Part shown: in pieces, positions 1-8,154 of the stretch | How positions within the stretch are numbered: position 1 is the first letter of the stretch | How the letters are laid out: every line of letters starts with the position of its first letter | Source of the DNA: an uncultured archaeon | GTDB taxonomy: Archaea > Iainarchaeota > Iainarchaeia > Iainarchaeales > CSSED10-239 | Assembly: GCA_964586355.1 (NCBI GenBank) | Contig: CAZPGO010000018.1 | Span: 1 to 16,100, forward strand | DNA length: 16,100 nt | Direction of reading: 5' to 3' | Notes under the pieces: generated by a model | Database searches by the model: none | What the model saw: the letters and a program-made list of their open reading frames with translations, nothing else | Told to the model about the DNA's origin: nothing | Translations under genes and position numbers: made by a program

Positions 1-480
1 TTCAACAACAGGCTTTTCTGTTTTTGGAATTGCTTCTTGAACATTTTCTTGCTCTTGAACCTCTTTTTGTTCTAACGCTTCTTTTTTATTTAATATCCCC
101 ATGCCAGGAATAATTAAATTATCTCCAGAAAAAGTTGAATAGATTGGCATTTCTTGACCCTCAATAGCAATAGTTATTTTATATAACCCATCCTCTATTG
201 TTGTGTCAGTAACAGAAACATCAGAAAGAGCAAATGTCTCTTTTAAAAAAGTAATAGTATCATTTACTTTTGCTTGATCTATTTTTAAATTTGTTATAAT
301 TGTCTCAGATTCTGTATCTAAAACATTAGTATTACAATCATCAGCATTTAGTTGAGTTACTAAAATCACACCTAACACTAAAACTGCCAATACTAAAAAA
401 CAACTAACAATCTGCCAAAGATATGGCTTTAAATTTAATTTTTGTGCCTTTTTTTCTGACACTGTTTTTTTTTTAGACAT
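1..480 (-). CDS. Hypothetical membrane-anchored protein, N-terminal part only (ORF runs off the left edge)
   Basis: I translated the minus strand from the ATG at 480..478: MSKKKTVSEKKAQKLNLKPYLWQIVSCFLVLAVLVLGVILVTQLNADDC... The frame stays open for all 160 codons to position 1. A basic N-terminus followed by one hydrophobic helix suggests a signal anchor. It is absent from the supplied ORF track because no stop lies in the window. I recognise no family. Confidence 0.5.
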   Translation of the reverse strand, partial: MSKKKTVSEKKAQKLNLKPYLWQIVSCFLVLAVLVLGVILVTQLNADDCNTNVLDTESETIITNLKIDQAKVNDTITFLKETFALSDVSVTDTTIEDGLYKITIAIEGQEMPIYSTFSGDNLIIPGMGILNKKEALEQKEVQEQENVQEAIPKTEKPVVE

Positions 481-607
481 ATTATATTTACCTCTTTAGT
501 TTATTAATAAAAATTAAATATTATAATATATTTATAGATATAAACCTTTTAAAAACTAATTTATATGTATATTATATATAGAAAAAAATAAAAAGAGAAA
601 AAAAACT

Positions 608-1879
608 ATGGAAAAATATAAAACACAAGGCTATGTCTTTGAAATAAGAAATTTTGGAAATTTAATGTTTTTTATAGTTAGAGATCAATATAAAAAAGAA
701 CAAATAACTTTTTTTAAAAAAGAAAATCCAGATCTGTTCAATATAGCAAAAGAAATAACAAAAGAATCAGTAATAATAGTAACAGGAGAAAAAAAAGAAT
801 CAGATCAAGCAATAAATGGATATGAAATAATACCAGAAACACTAGAAATAATATCACTTGCAGAAGCACCAGTACCATTAGATATTTCAGGAAAAATAGA
901 AAGTAATTTTGATTCTAGACTAAACTATAGATATATAGATCTAAGAACAGAAGAAAATCTAGCAATATTTAAAGTAAGATCTAAAATTGTTAGAAAAACT
1001 ACAGACTTTTTTGATAATAATGATTTTATTAATATCAATACTCCAAAAATGGTATCAAACGGAGTAGAAAGCGGATCAGAACTTTTTGAAATAAAATACT
1101 TTGAAAAAAAAGCATACCTTTCACAAAGTCCACAAGTATATAAGCAAATGATGATTGTTTCTGGATTTAATAAAGTATATGAAATAGGAGAAGTATTTAG
1201 AGCAGAAAAAAGTCACACCACAAGACATTTAACAGAATTTACTGGAATAGATCTAGAAGTTGGATATATTGATAGTTATGAAGATCTAATGGACCTTCTA
1301 GATAAATATTTTGTAGAACTATTTACCTACATAAAAGAAAACTGTAAAAAAGAACTAGAAATACTAAAAGTAGAACTAAAAATTCCAGAAAAAATACCAA
1401 GAATAACAATGAAAGAAGCAAAAGACCTTTTAAGAGAAAAAGGAAAAGATTTACCCCTAAATGAAGATCTAGATAATGAAGCAGAAAAAATGATTGGAGA
1501 AATTGTTAAAGAAAAATATAATTCTGACTTTGTTTTTGTAACAGAATACCCTTTTTCAAAAAGACCATTTTATCATATGTGTAAAAAAGAAATAGAAAAT
1601 GAAAAAATTACAGAAAGCTTTGATCTAATCTATAACGGTTGTGAAATAGCAACAGGCTCTCAAAGAGAACATAGAGTAAGCATCTTAAAAGAACAAATTA
1701 TTGAAAAAGGATTATCCCTTAAAGACATGGACTACTATATTAAAATGTTAAGCTATGGAGTACCAGCACATGGTGGAATAGGATTAGGACTTGATAGAAT
1801 AACACAATTGTTATTAAACTTACAAAATGTAAAAGAAGCAGTATTACTTCCAAGAGATCCAGAAAGATTAACACCTTAA
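608..1879 (+). CDS. aspS: Aspartyl-tRNA synthetase, short archaeal/eukaryal type (class IIb)
   Basis: The 423 aa protein has an N-terminal OB-fold-like region, class II motif 2 (FRAEKSHTTRHLTEFTGIDLE) and motif 3 (GIGLGLDRI). The QSPQ(V)YKQ segment is typical of Asp/Asn/Lys class IIb enzymes. Its length fits the archaeal type rather than the roughly 590 aa bacterial type. Confidence 0.9.
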   Translation: MEKYKTQGYVFEIRNFGNLMFFIVRDQYKKEQITFFKKENPDLFNIAKEITKESVIIVTGEKKESDQAINGYEIIPETLEIISLAEAPVPLDISGKIESNFDSRLNYRYIDLRTEENLAIFKVRSKIVRKTTDFFDNNDFININTPKMVSNGVESGSELFEIKYFEKKAYLSQSPQVYKQMMIVSGFNKVYEIGEVFRAEKSHTTRHLTEFTGIDLEVGYIDSYEDLMDLLDKYFVELFTYIKENCKKELEILKVELKIPEKIPRITMKEAKDLLREKGKDLPLNEDLDNEAEKMIGEIVKEKYNSDFVFVTEYPFSKRPFYHMCKKEIENEKITESFDLIYNGCEIATGSQREHRVSILKEQIIEKGLSLKDMDYYIKMLSYGVPAHGGIGLGLDRITQLLLNLQNVKEAVLLPRDPERLTP

Positions 1880-2449
1880 TCTTTTATATTCTTTTTTTAA
1901 TAGAGAAAAAATATAGTCATCAACAAACTTACCCTTAGACACATAACTTTCTCTTAATCTTCCTTCTTTTTTAAAACCTAAAGAGAATAAATGTTTTATT
2001 ATTTTTTTATTGTTTGTGTCACAATGAGTTTCAATTCTATTTAATTTTAGTTTATTAAAAATAATTTCAAAAATTTTCATTTTTGCCTCAAACACAAAAC
2101 CATTAGAAACAAATTCAGGAGATAGCCAAGAAAAAGTTGAACAAGTTTTATTTTTTAGATCTATTTGATTTATTCCAATACATCCAATAGGCGCTTTATT
2201 TTCTTTTAACAATATAACATAAAACATTCCATTTTTGAATCTCTTAGTTCTCTTAATATATTTTTCAACATCAGTCATTGTTGGCTTTTCAATAGAACCA
2301 ATAATTGTTGTGTATTTTGTGATAATTTCACTTTTAGAACAATTATAAAAAAAATCCTTATATTTTAAAGAAAAAGGAATCAATAATAATCTTTTAGTTT
2401 CTAAACTTTGTTTTTTAAGATTCAATATATTAATATTTGATTTTATCAT
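1868..2449 (-). CDS. GNAT family N-acetyltransferase (RimJ/RimL-like)
   Basis: The 193 aa protein starts with ETKRLLLIPFS, typical of the Acetyltransf_3/RimJ-like subgroup, and ends with a LGFKKEGRLRE block typical of that family. Its 3' end overlaps the convergent aspS by 12 nt. Confidence 0.7.
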   Translation of the reverse strand: MIKSNINILNLKKQSLETKRLLLIPFSLKYKDFFYNCSKSEIITKYTTIIGSIEKPTMTDVEKYIKRTKRFKNGMFYVILLKENKAPIGCIGINQIDLKNKTCSTFSWLSPEFVSNGFVFEAKMKIFEIIFNKLKLNRIETHCDTNNKKIIKHLFSLGFKKEGRLRESYVSKGKFVDDYIFSLLKKEYKRLRC

Positions 2450-2470
2450 AAATACTCTTAATTTATATAT

Positions 2471-3571
2471 TTAAAACAAACCAAAAAATATGTTTTTTAA
2501 AAAATCAAAAACAAAAACTTCTGCAATTGTCCCTATTAGTAAAAAAATCACAGCAAATATTAAAAGAGTTATACAATATTTAAAAATATAAAAAAACCTA
2601 TCACTATCAATCTTTTCCTTTCTAAGACCAGTTGCAAGAAGAGATCCAGACATTGTTGAAAAGAAATAAGCAATGGCCTCAATTAAGGTGTGCAGACCCA
2701 CACTTAAAAATAACGGTAGTAATATATAGATCAAACCAGTACCATAAGCAGCACTATAAAATAAAGAATATTGTGTAAAAGAAACAGCCCAGTACATAGC
2801 ATTCCAAACAATTAAAAGAGCAGCACCTAAGGGAAACACAAGCGCTACTATAAAACAAACTATGGTAACAGAAGCATTATTAATTAATATATCTTTAAAA
2901 ATAGGCCATTTATTAACACCCTCAAAACCAATCTCTCTGCTTGGAAGTAAAGTCTCACTCCACCCTTGATTATTAAATAAACTTGCCGAATATTCTGCTG
3001 GTATAAAAGCAATCAAAGAAGTAACTACAAGCATAACACCAATAAAAAAGAAAAAATGAATAGCCAATAACTTTTTATTCTCTTCATAAAAATCTTCTAA
3101 AGAAAACTTTTCATTATCCTTTATTCTAAAATTAACTAAAGTAACTCCATTTTTCTCAACTTTTCTAGTCCTTCCCACAAGTAATGAATTCAAATTTGTT
3201 TCATTAATAATAAAAGGAGCAATAAACAAAGTAGCAAAAAAAACAGCAAAAACACCAGGGTTTTCAGGAAATAATAATAAAGAAAATATAAAACTAACCA
3301 TAGTACCAATAATAGCATAATAAATAGACTTACCACCAGCATTTAAAAAACTTGCAAAAAATTTAGGAATATTATGTAAAAAATTTAAAACTATAAAAAA
3401 AAAATCACTTACTGTTTTTGTTTTTGGTTTTTTTTCAATCTTTTTTATTTTTTGATGCTTTTGATCATTTATAGATATCTGAGTCATTTTGCCATATTTG
3501 TTTTTTCTTGGCACATATGGTTCATCATCATTTGTATTTAACCTATGTATTTTAATTTGATCATCAGCCAT
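2471..3571 (-). CDS. Multi-pass membrane protein, possibly SpoIIM/DUF95 family
   Basis: The 366 aa protein has a basic soluble N-terminus followed by about 6 or more hydrophobic helices. The segment GLHTLIEAIAYFFS resembles the HG-x-x-E-hydrophobic block of SpoIIM-like proteins. The family assignment is tentative. Confidence 0.45.
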   Translation of the reverse strand: MADDQIKIHRLNTNDDEPYVPRKNKYGKMTQISINDQKHQKIKKIEKKPKTKTVSDFFFIVLNFLHNIPKFFASFLNAGGKSIYYAIIGTMVSFIFSLLLFPENPGVFAVFFATLFIAPFIINETNLNSLLVGRTRKVEKNGVTLVNFRIKDNEKFSLEDFYEENKKLLAIHFFFFIGVMLVVTSLIAFIPAEYSASLFNNQGWSETLLPSREIGFEGVNKWPIFKDILINNASVTIVCFIVALVFPLGAALLIVWNAMYWAVSFTQYSLFYSAAYGTGLIYILLPLFLSVGLHTLIEAIAYFFSTMSGSLLATGLRKEKIDSDRFFYIFKYCITLLIFAVIFLLIGTIAEVFVFDFLKNIFFGLF

Positions 3572-3634
3572 ATAATTGACCCTTTTAAATATGTTTATAT
3601 AATATTAAAATAAGGAAAAAGAATTTATAAATCA

Positions 3635-4852
3635 TTACCTTTTAGAATTTTGATAAATTCTATAAGTTTCTTCCAAAGTTAAAAATTCAGAAAGCTTTTC
3701 TAAAAAATCTTTTGAAAAAAAAGAACAATTAATAAACTCTGTTATTTTTATATAAGATAAATCAGAAAGTTCAAACCACAGATTATTTTCCTTAATTAAC
3801 TTATCTAAAAGTTCTCTTTTATTAGTATCTTTTGAAGGCAATTTATAATTTTTATAACACTTTACTAACAAAGAAGAATCAGAACCAAAAATCTTTTCTA
3901 AATTATTTTGTTTAGAATAATTAATTATAGCTTCTTTAAGTTTTTCTATTTTAGGATCAATATTTTCCAAAACCTTTTTCTTTTCATCTGTTAATCTCTT
4001 ATACTCTTCAACAAGCCTTACACCAGGCTCATTTAAAAACTCATTTTCTTTGATTGTTTTTAGTTTTTGTTTATGAGCAGTCATTGGACAAATACCCTTA
4101 AACTCACACCAATCACAAAGAGCAGAAGATTTTGCTGGAAAATCTTCTCTTTGTATTGCAGATTCTATTTTTTTTATAGTAGATACTATATCTTTTTCTA
4201 AACATTCCAATTGATCCTTAGTTCTAGAAGATCTCATCTCCAAATTAGCACTTAAAAAATGCCAAACAAGATCTATTTTTTTCACATTAGGAAACATTTT
4301 TTCAATAGCTATTTGGTAAAGAGCTAACTGTTTATCAGAATCTAGCTCTATTTGGTTTTTTGGATTTTTATTTGTTTTATAATCATGAATCTCTATATGA
4401 TCTTCTGAGAGTAAAGTTAACCTATCAATATAGCCAACTAAATTATAAAGAATTTCGGAATCTGCATCATAAAACCTTATAGGAATTTTCATTTCTAGAC
4501 CAATTGTTTTTCCTTGATCAAAAGGTTTATATCTGTTGTAATATTCAGTTAAGTATTGCTTACCCATTTCCTTATAATTCTTTTGAGAATAATCTGATCT
4601 TACAATCTCTATTTTGTTCTCATCATACTCATTATTCCAGCACTCAAGATAATACTCAAGAATTTGATCTAAAGAATTTTGTTTTAAAAACTTAAGATCT
4701 GTATATAATTTTTCTAAGGCTAAATGAACCATTGAGCCCATAAATGCCTCAATAGAGTTTTTCTTTTCAATATCTGGTTTTTCTATATAATTATAGTAAA
4801 ACTTTTTTGGACAGGTCTTAAAGGTTTCTAATCTTGAATGAGAATAAATCAT
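3635..4852 (-). CDS. PD-(D/E)XK nuclease, Cas4/RecB/AddB-like, with a 4-Cys Fe-S cluster signature and a long C-terminal extension
   Basis: The N-terminus YSHSRLETFKTCPKKFYY is the typical family start and includes the first Cys (C14). The nuclease core is IDRL (D143), D157-Y-K159 and QLALY. The C-terminal cluster is C246-x2-C249-x5-C255 (CDWCEFKGIC). About 150 further residues follow with no recognisable family. Confidence 0.75.
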   Translation of the reverse strand: MIYSHSRLETFKTCPKKFYYNYIEKPDIEKKNSIEAFMGSMVHLALEKLYTDLKFLKQNSLDQILEYYLECWNNEYDENKIEIVRSDYSQKNYKEMGKQYLTEYYNRYKPFDQGKTIGLEMKIPIRFYDADSEILYNLVGYIDRLTLLSEDHIEIHDYKTNKNPKNQIELDSDKQLALYQIAIEKMFPNVKKIDLVWHFLSANLEMRSSRTKDQLECLEKDIVSTIKKIESAIQREDFPAKSSALCDWCEFKGICPMTAHKQKLKTIKENEFLNEPGVRLVEEYKRLTDEKKKVLENIDPKIEKLKEAIINYSKQNNLEKIFGSDSSLLVKCYKNYKLPSKDTNKRELLDKLIKENNLWFELSDLSYIKITEFINCSFFSKDFLEKLSEFLTLEETYRIYQNSKR

Positions 4853-4949
4853 AAATAATCATTTTTTAATAATATATATTAAAGAGAGATAGATTATAAA
4901 AAAGTAACTAGTAAATAAATTTATAACAATATAAGTAAAGAACATATAT

Positions 4950-5381
4950 ATGGAATACAAAATACAAAAAAACAACCTTAAAAAAATAAAAACAGAATTT
5001 TTAGAATTTTTTCCAAATGTTTTAAAAGATAAAGATCAGAAAAAATTAATAAAAGAATATCAATATATTGCATATGCTAAAAAAAACAAAATTGTGTGCT
5101 GTGTTTTATTTAAAGAATATTTAGATTTTCCTTATATCTGGCAACTTGGTAGAATATCTACGACTAAAAAATATTTGGGAAAAGGTATTGCAAGTAACCT
5201 TCTAAAAGAGATCTCTAATTTTATTACTTTAAAAAAAGGTAAAAAAATATTAGTCTATGTTTCTGAAGAAAACAAAATCGCACAAAAATTTTACATAAAA
5301 AACAAATTTACAAAAGAAGCAAAAATAGAAAAAATGAAACTTGGAATAAAACCATTATTTATTTTCACTAAAGAATTATAA
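4950..5381 (+). CDS. Small GNAT-like acetyltransferase
   Basis: The 143 aa protein contains LGKGIASNLLKE, which matches the acetyl-CoA binding Q/R-x-x-G-x-G/A motif, followed by a AQKFYIKNKF block (the family's FY-x-K-x-GF-like motif). Confidence 0.55.
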   Translation: MEYKIQKNNLKKIKTEFLEFFPNVLKDKDQKKLIKEYQYIAYAKKNKIVCCVLFKEYLDFPYIWQLGRISTTKKYLGKGIASNLLKEISNFITLKKGKKILVYVSEENKIAQKFYIKNKFTKEAKIEKMKLGIKPLFIFTKEL

Positions 5382-5406
5382 ATTTATTTTAAAAAAAACA
5401 TTCATC

Positions 5407-5575
5407 TCCTAGGCTTTCCTTTAAAGAAAAATTGTTTTGGGATTAAACTTTTATGAAAAAGTTTATTTCTCGAGGCTTTCTTTCTATTTCGTTTTTGATT
5501 AAACTTTTATGAAAAAGTTTATACTAAGCGAAACCATTTTTGTTCTTTCCCGAGGCTTTCTTTTTAAGAAAGGCT
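5407..5575 (+). repeat. Imperfect tandem repeat in an intergenic region (about 2.5 units)
   Basis: The exact 26-nt sequence gattaaacttttatgaaaaagtttat occurs at 5441..5466 and 5497..5522 (period 56). The box (c)gaggctttc(c/t)tt occurs three times, at about 5411, 5473 and 5553. Each 26-mer contains the inverted repeat aaactttt/aaaagttt. Confidence 0.7.
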
Positions 5576-5662
5576 CCAGTGGACAAGACCCCCCTTACAA
5601 AAATAACCCCTCTTTTAAAGATCATAAATATATATTTAAATATTTTTTTAAAAAGAGAAAAA

Positions 5663-6334
5663 ATGAAACTAAAAGAATATTGTCCAGATAATAGACCACT
5701 TGAAAGATTAATTTATTATGGACCAGAAACACTTTCCACCTCTGAACTACTAGCAATAATCATAAAAACAGGAACAAAAGAAAATAATGTTTTATCCCTA
5801 GCAAATATAATACTAAGTAAGTTTAATTTAGAAAAATTATCTCAAGTAACCATAAACGAATTAGAAGAAATAAAAGGTATTGGAAAAACCAAAGCAGCAC
5901 AGATAAAAGCACTTTTTGAAATATCTAAAAGAATTACTTGTTACAGATCTAATCTTTCCACAAAAGTTTTTAGCCCCAGAGATGTTTATAATTATTTAAA
6001 TAGTGAATATCTTAATTACCCTAAAGAAAAATTAATAGTAACCTGTTTAAATTTAAAAAACGAGATAATTTCTAAAAAAATTATATCTATAGGCACAGAC
6101 GATCAAACACTCTTTTCAACAAAAGAGATTATTAATTTTGCAATAAGAGAGTGTGCTAATGGGATAATAATATCTCACAACCACCCATCAGGAGTAACAA
6201 TACCATCTACATATGATAAAATAGCAACTGACAAACTAAAAAAAGCATGTGACCTTATAGATCTTCAATTAATAGATCATATGATATTTGCTAAAGAAGG
6301 ATATTATAGTTTTAAAGAAAATAAAGAACTATAA
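5663..6334 (+). CDS. radC: RadC-like JAB-domain protein
   Basis: From the ATG at 5663 the protein reads MKLKEYCPDNRPLERLIYYGPETLSTSELLAIIIKTG, the canonical RadC N-terminus. It has a helix-hairpin-helix segment (EEIKGIGKTKAAQIKA) and a JAB/MPN metal motif (HNHPSG). The ORF track's start at 5540 is a TTG with a low-complexity leader, so I prefer 5663. Confidence 0.85.
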   Translation: MKLKEYCPDNRPLERLIYYGPETLSTSELLAIIIKTGTKENNVLSLANIILSKFNLEKLSQVTINELEEIKGIGKTKAAQIKALFEISKRITCYRSNLSTKVFSPRDVYNYLNSEYLNYPKEKLIVTCLNLKNEIISKKIISIGTDDQTLFSTKEIINFAIRECANGIIISHNHPSGVTIPSTYDKIATDKLKKACDLIDLQLIDHMIFAKEGYYSFKENKEL

Positions 6335-7006
6335 TACAAAAAAAGTAGAAAAAGATAATACTACTAAAAAAATAATAGTAATAAAAGCACTTAGAAATGT
6401 AACCTGCTTAAAAGAAAGATACTTTGTTTTTGTAAGCTTTGATAAAAGAGAAGCAATATAAAATCCAAGAATCAAAAAAGCATAAAGTCCTGAAACAGTT
6501 ACAAAGCTTATAAGAGAGTATTCTACAAACTCTCTTATAATAATTAAGCAAACCACAAAGAAAAGTATAATTATACAAGTAGTTAAGAAAGTTAAAAAAT
6601 AAGATAAATTGTTTGCCTTCTTAGCAAAAGGATCATAAACTATATACCACAACAAGATCAAAGAGAATAAAAAGAAATTACTATAACTTGCTGTTTTTTC
6701 CACAAACATTAAAATTAAAAAAAATATAGCTGATAATATAGCAAAAAAGCTAGAAATATTTTTCACAAACTTTTTTTCTAAAAATGATTTTTTTGGTATT
6801 ATTATTTGTGGTGTTATTTTTTTAATCATTTTTTTTAGTTTAATTGGTCTATGCATAAAAGGATCTTTTATCTTTTTATTAACAGATCTTTTAAAAGCCT
6901 CTTTTTTTGTTGCTGTTTTCTTTAAAGATTTTTTTGATGGAGATCTTGTATTAACATCTTTTTTATTTCTAATTTTTTTTTCTTTTTTCAAAGTTGTTTT
7001 CACCAT
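6329..7006 (-). CDS. Hypothetical membrane protein with a lysine-rich N-terminal tail
   Basis: The 225 aa protein has about 75 strongly basic residues (KKEKKIRNKK...KKTATKKEAFKR) followed by 4-5 hydrophobic helices. I recognise no family. It overlaps the convergent radC 3' end by 6 nt. Confidence 0.45.
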   Translation of the reverse strand: MVKTTLKKEKKIRNKKDVNTRSPSKKSLKKTATKKEAFKRSVNKKIKDPFMHRPIKLKKMIKKITPQIIIPKKSFLEKKFVKNISSFFAILSAIFFLILMFVEKTASYSNFFLFSLILLWYIVYDPFAKKANNLSYFLTFLTTCIIILFFVVCLIIIREFVEYSLISFVTVSGLYAFLILGFYIASLLSKLTKTKYLSFKQVTFLSAFITIIFLVVLSFSTFFVL

Positions 7007-7047
7007 TAAACTAATATGTATATTTAATTAAAAATATTTATAAATCA

Positions 7048-8154
7048 TTAGATTTTATAGTTTTTAAGAAAATCAGCCTTAAACTTATTAAAAGTACCAT
7101 TTTCTATATGCTTTCTAGAATCTTCCATTAATCTATGAAGAAATCTTACATTATGTTCTGATAAAAGAATCTTTGCAGCTGCTTCATTTAATCTATATAA
7201 GTGATGCAAGTAAGCTATTGTGTGGTGTTTACAAGCATAACAATCACAATCCTCTTCTATTGGCTTAAATATGTGTGCATTATAGCTCTTACCTATCTTT
7301 AAAAAACCCTTTCTAGTAAATATAACACCATGTCTTGCCATCTTAGTTGGATAGATAGAATCAAAACAATCTACTCCTTTTTCTATTGAAATGATCATAT
7401 CTTGAGGTGAACCAACACCCATCAAATACTTTATTTTGTTTTTATCTAAATGTTCTAAAGAATAATCAATAGCTTTATACATATTATTCTTACTCTCACC
7501 AATAGCAAGACCACCAATAGCCAAGCCATCAAAACCCATATTGTTAATAGCAAGAGCACATTCTTTTCTTAGATCTTTATAAACACCACCTTGAACAATT
7601 CCAAAAACTTTTTGCTTTTTGTTTTTATGAGAATCTAAACATCTTTTTGCCCAATCAATAGTTCTTTTTGTAGCATCTTCAAACTCTTTTTTTGAGTGAT
7701 CTGGTCCTAAAACATGGTCTAGAACCATAGCAACATCTGAACCTATAATATTTTGATTATCCATTAATTTTTCTGGAGAAATAAAGTGTTCTGTTCCACA
7801 AAAAGGAGATCTAAATCTTACTCCTTTATCATTTAAGGATACTAAAAACTCCGGATCCAATAATTGAAAACCACCACTATCAGTAAAAATTGGTTTTTGC
7901 CAATTGATAAAGTTATGATAGCCTTTTGCTCTTTTTATGGTCTCAAGACCTGGTTTAAGATATAATAAATAGGCATTGGAAATAAAGCACTGAGTATTAA
8001 GATCTTCTAAAGATCTAAAAGTTAAAAATTTGCCAGCACCTTTAGTAACAACTGGCATATAAAAAGGAGTTTTTATTTTTCCGTGACTTGTTTTAAAGAT
8101 CCCAGATCTTGCCTGTTTTGATTCATTTGTAATTTTAAACATAATCTTTTCCAT
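7048..8154 (-). CDS. tgt: tRNA-guanine transglycosylase, catalytic domain only, bacterial/eukaryal (queuine-type) sequence flavour
   Basis: The 368 aa protein contains TPFYMPVVTKG, FTDSGGFQ, GGLAIGES, YLMGVGSPQDM...GVDCFDSIYPTKMARHG and the zinc site CDCYAC...AYLHHL. These blocks match Tgt/QTRT1-type enzymes rather than archaeosine ArcTGT, which has VDSGSFQ and LFGAGHP and carries C-terminal C2/PUA domains. Confidence 0.85.
   Translation of the reverse strand: MEKIMFKITNESKQARSGIFKTSHGKIKTPFYMPVVTKGAGKFLTFRSLEDLNTQCFISNAYLLYLKPGLETIKRAKGYHNFINWQKPIFTDSGGFQLLDPEFLVSLNDKGVRFRSPFCGTEHFISPEKLMDNQNIIGSDVAMVLDHVLGPDHSKKEFEDATKRTIDWAKRCLDSHKNKKQKVFGIVQGGVYKDLRKECALAINNMGFDGLAIGGLAIGESKNNMYKAIDYSLEHLDKNKIKYLMGVGSPQDMIISIEKGVDCFDSIYPTKMARHGVIFTRKGFLKIGKSYNAHIFKPIEEDCDCYACKHHTIAYLHHLYRLNEAAAKILLSEHNVRFLHRLMEDSRKHIENGTFNKFKADFLKNYKI

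Noticed and set aside
4504-4695. 63-aa plus-strand ORF from the six-frame track
   Set aside because: It lies entirely antisense within the well-supported PD-(D/E)XK nuclease gene. The sequence is low-complexity with no recognisable motif, as expected by chance in AT-rich DNA.
3635-4852. Cas4-like nuclease as evidence of a CRISPR-Cas locus
   Set aside because: There is no repeat array and no other cas gene anywhere in the 16.1 kb. Cas4-like PD-(D/E)XK nucleases occur widely outside CRISPR systems.
5441-5522. Possible mini-CRISPR array (two identical 26-nt repeats, 30-nt spacing)
   Set aside because: There are only two copies. The so-called spacer shares the cgaggctttc box with the flanks, which makes this a tandem duplication rather than unique spacers. 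No cas genes are adjacent.
5560-5600. GC-rich patch ggctccagtggacaagacccccc considered as a tRNA fragment or attachment site
   Set aside because: It has no acceptor, D or T-arm complementarity, and it is too short and isolated.
5540-5662. N-terminal 41-codon extension of the radC ORF (TTG start at 5540), and the overlapping 60-aa ORF at 5509..5691
   Set aside because: The canonical RadC N-terminus begins at the ATG at 5663. The extension is Phe/Lys/Leu-rich, is read from the tandem-repeat region, and starts with TTG. I treat it as non-coding or leader sequence rather than part of RadC. The 60-aa ORF is kept only as a remark in the repeat finding.
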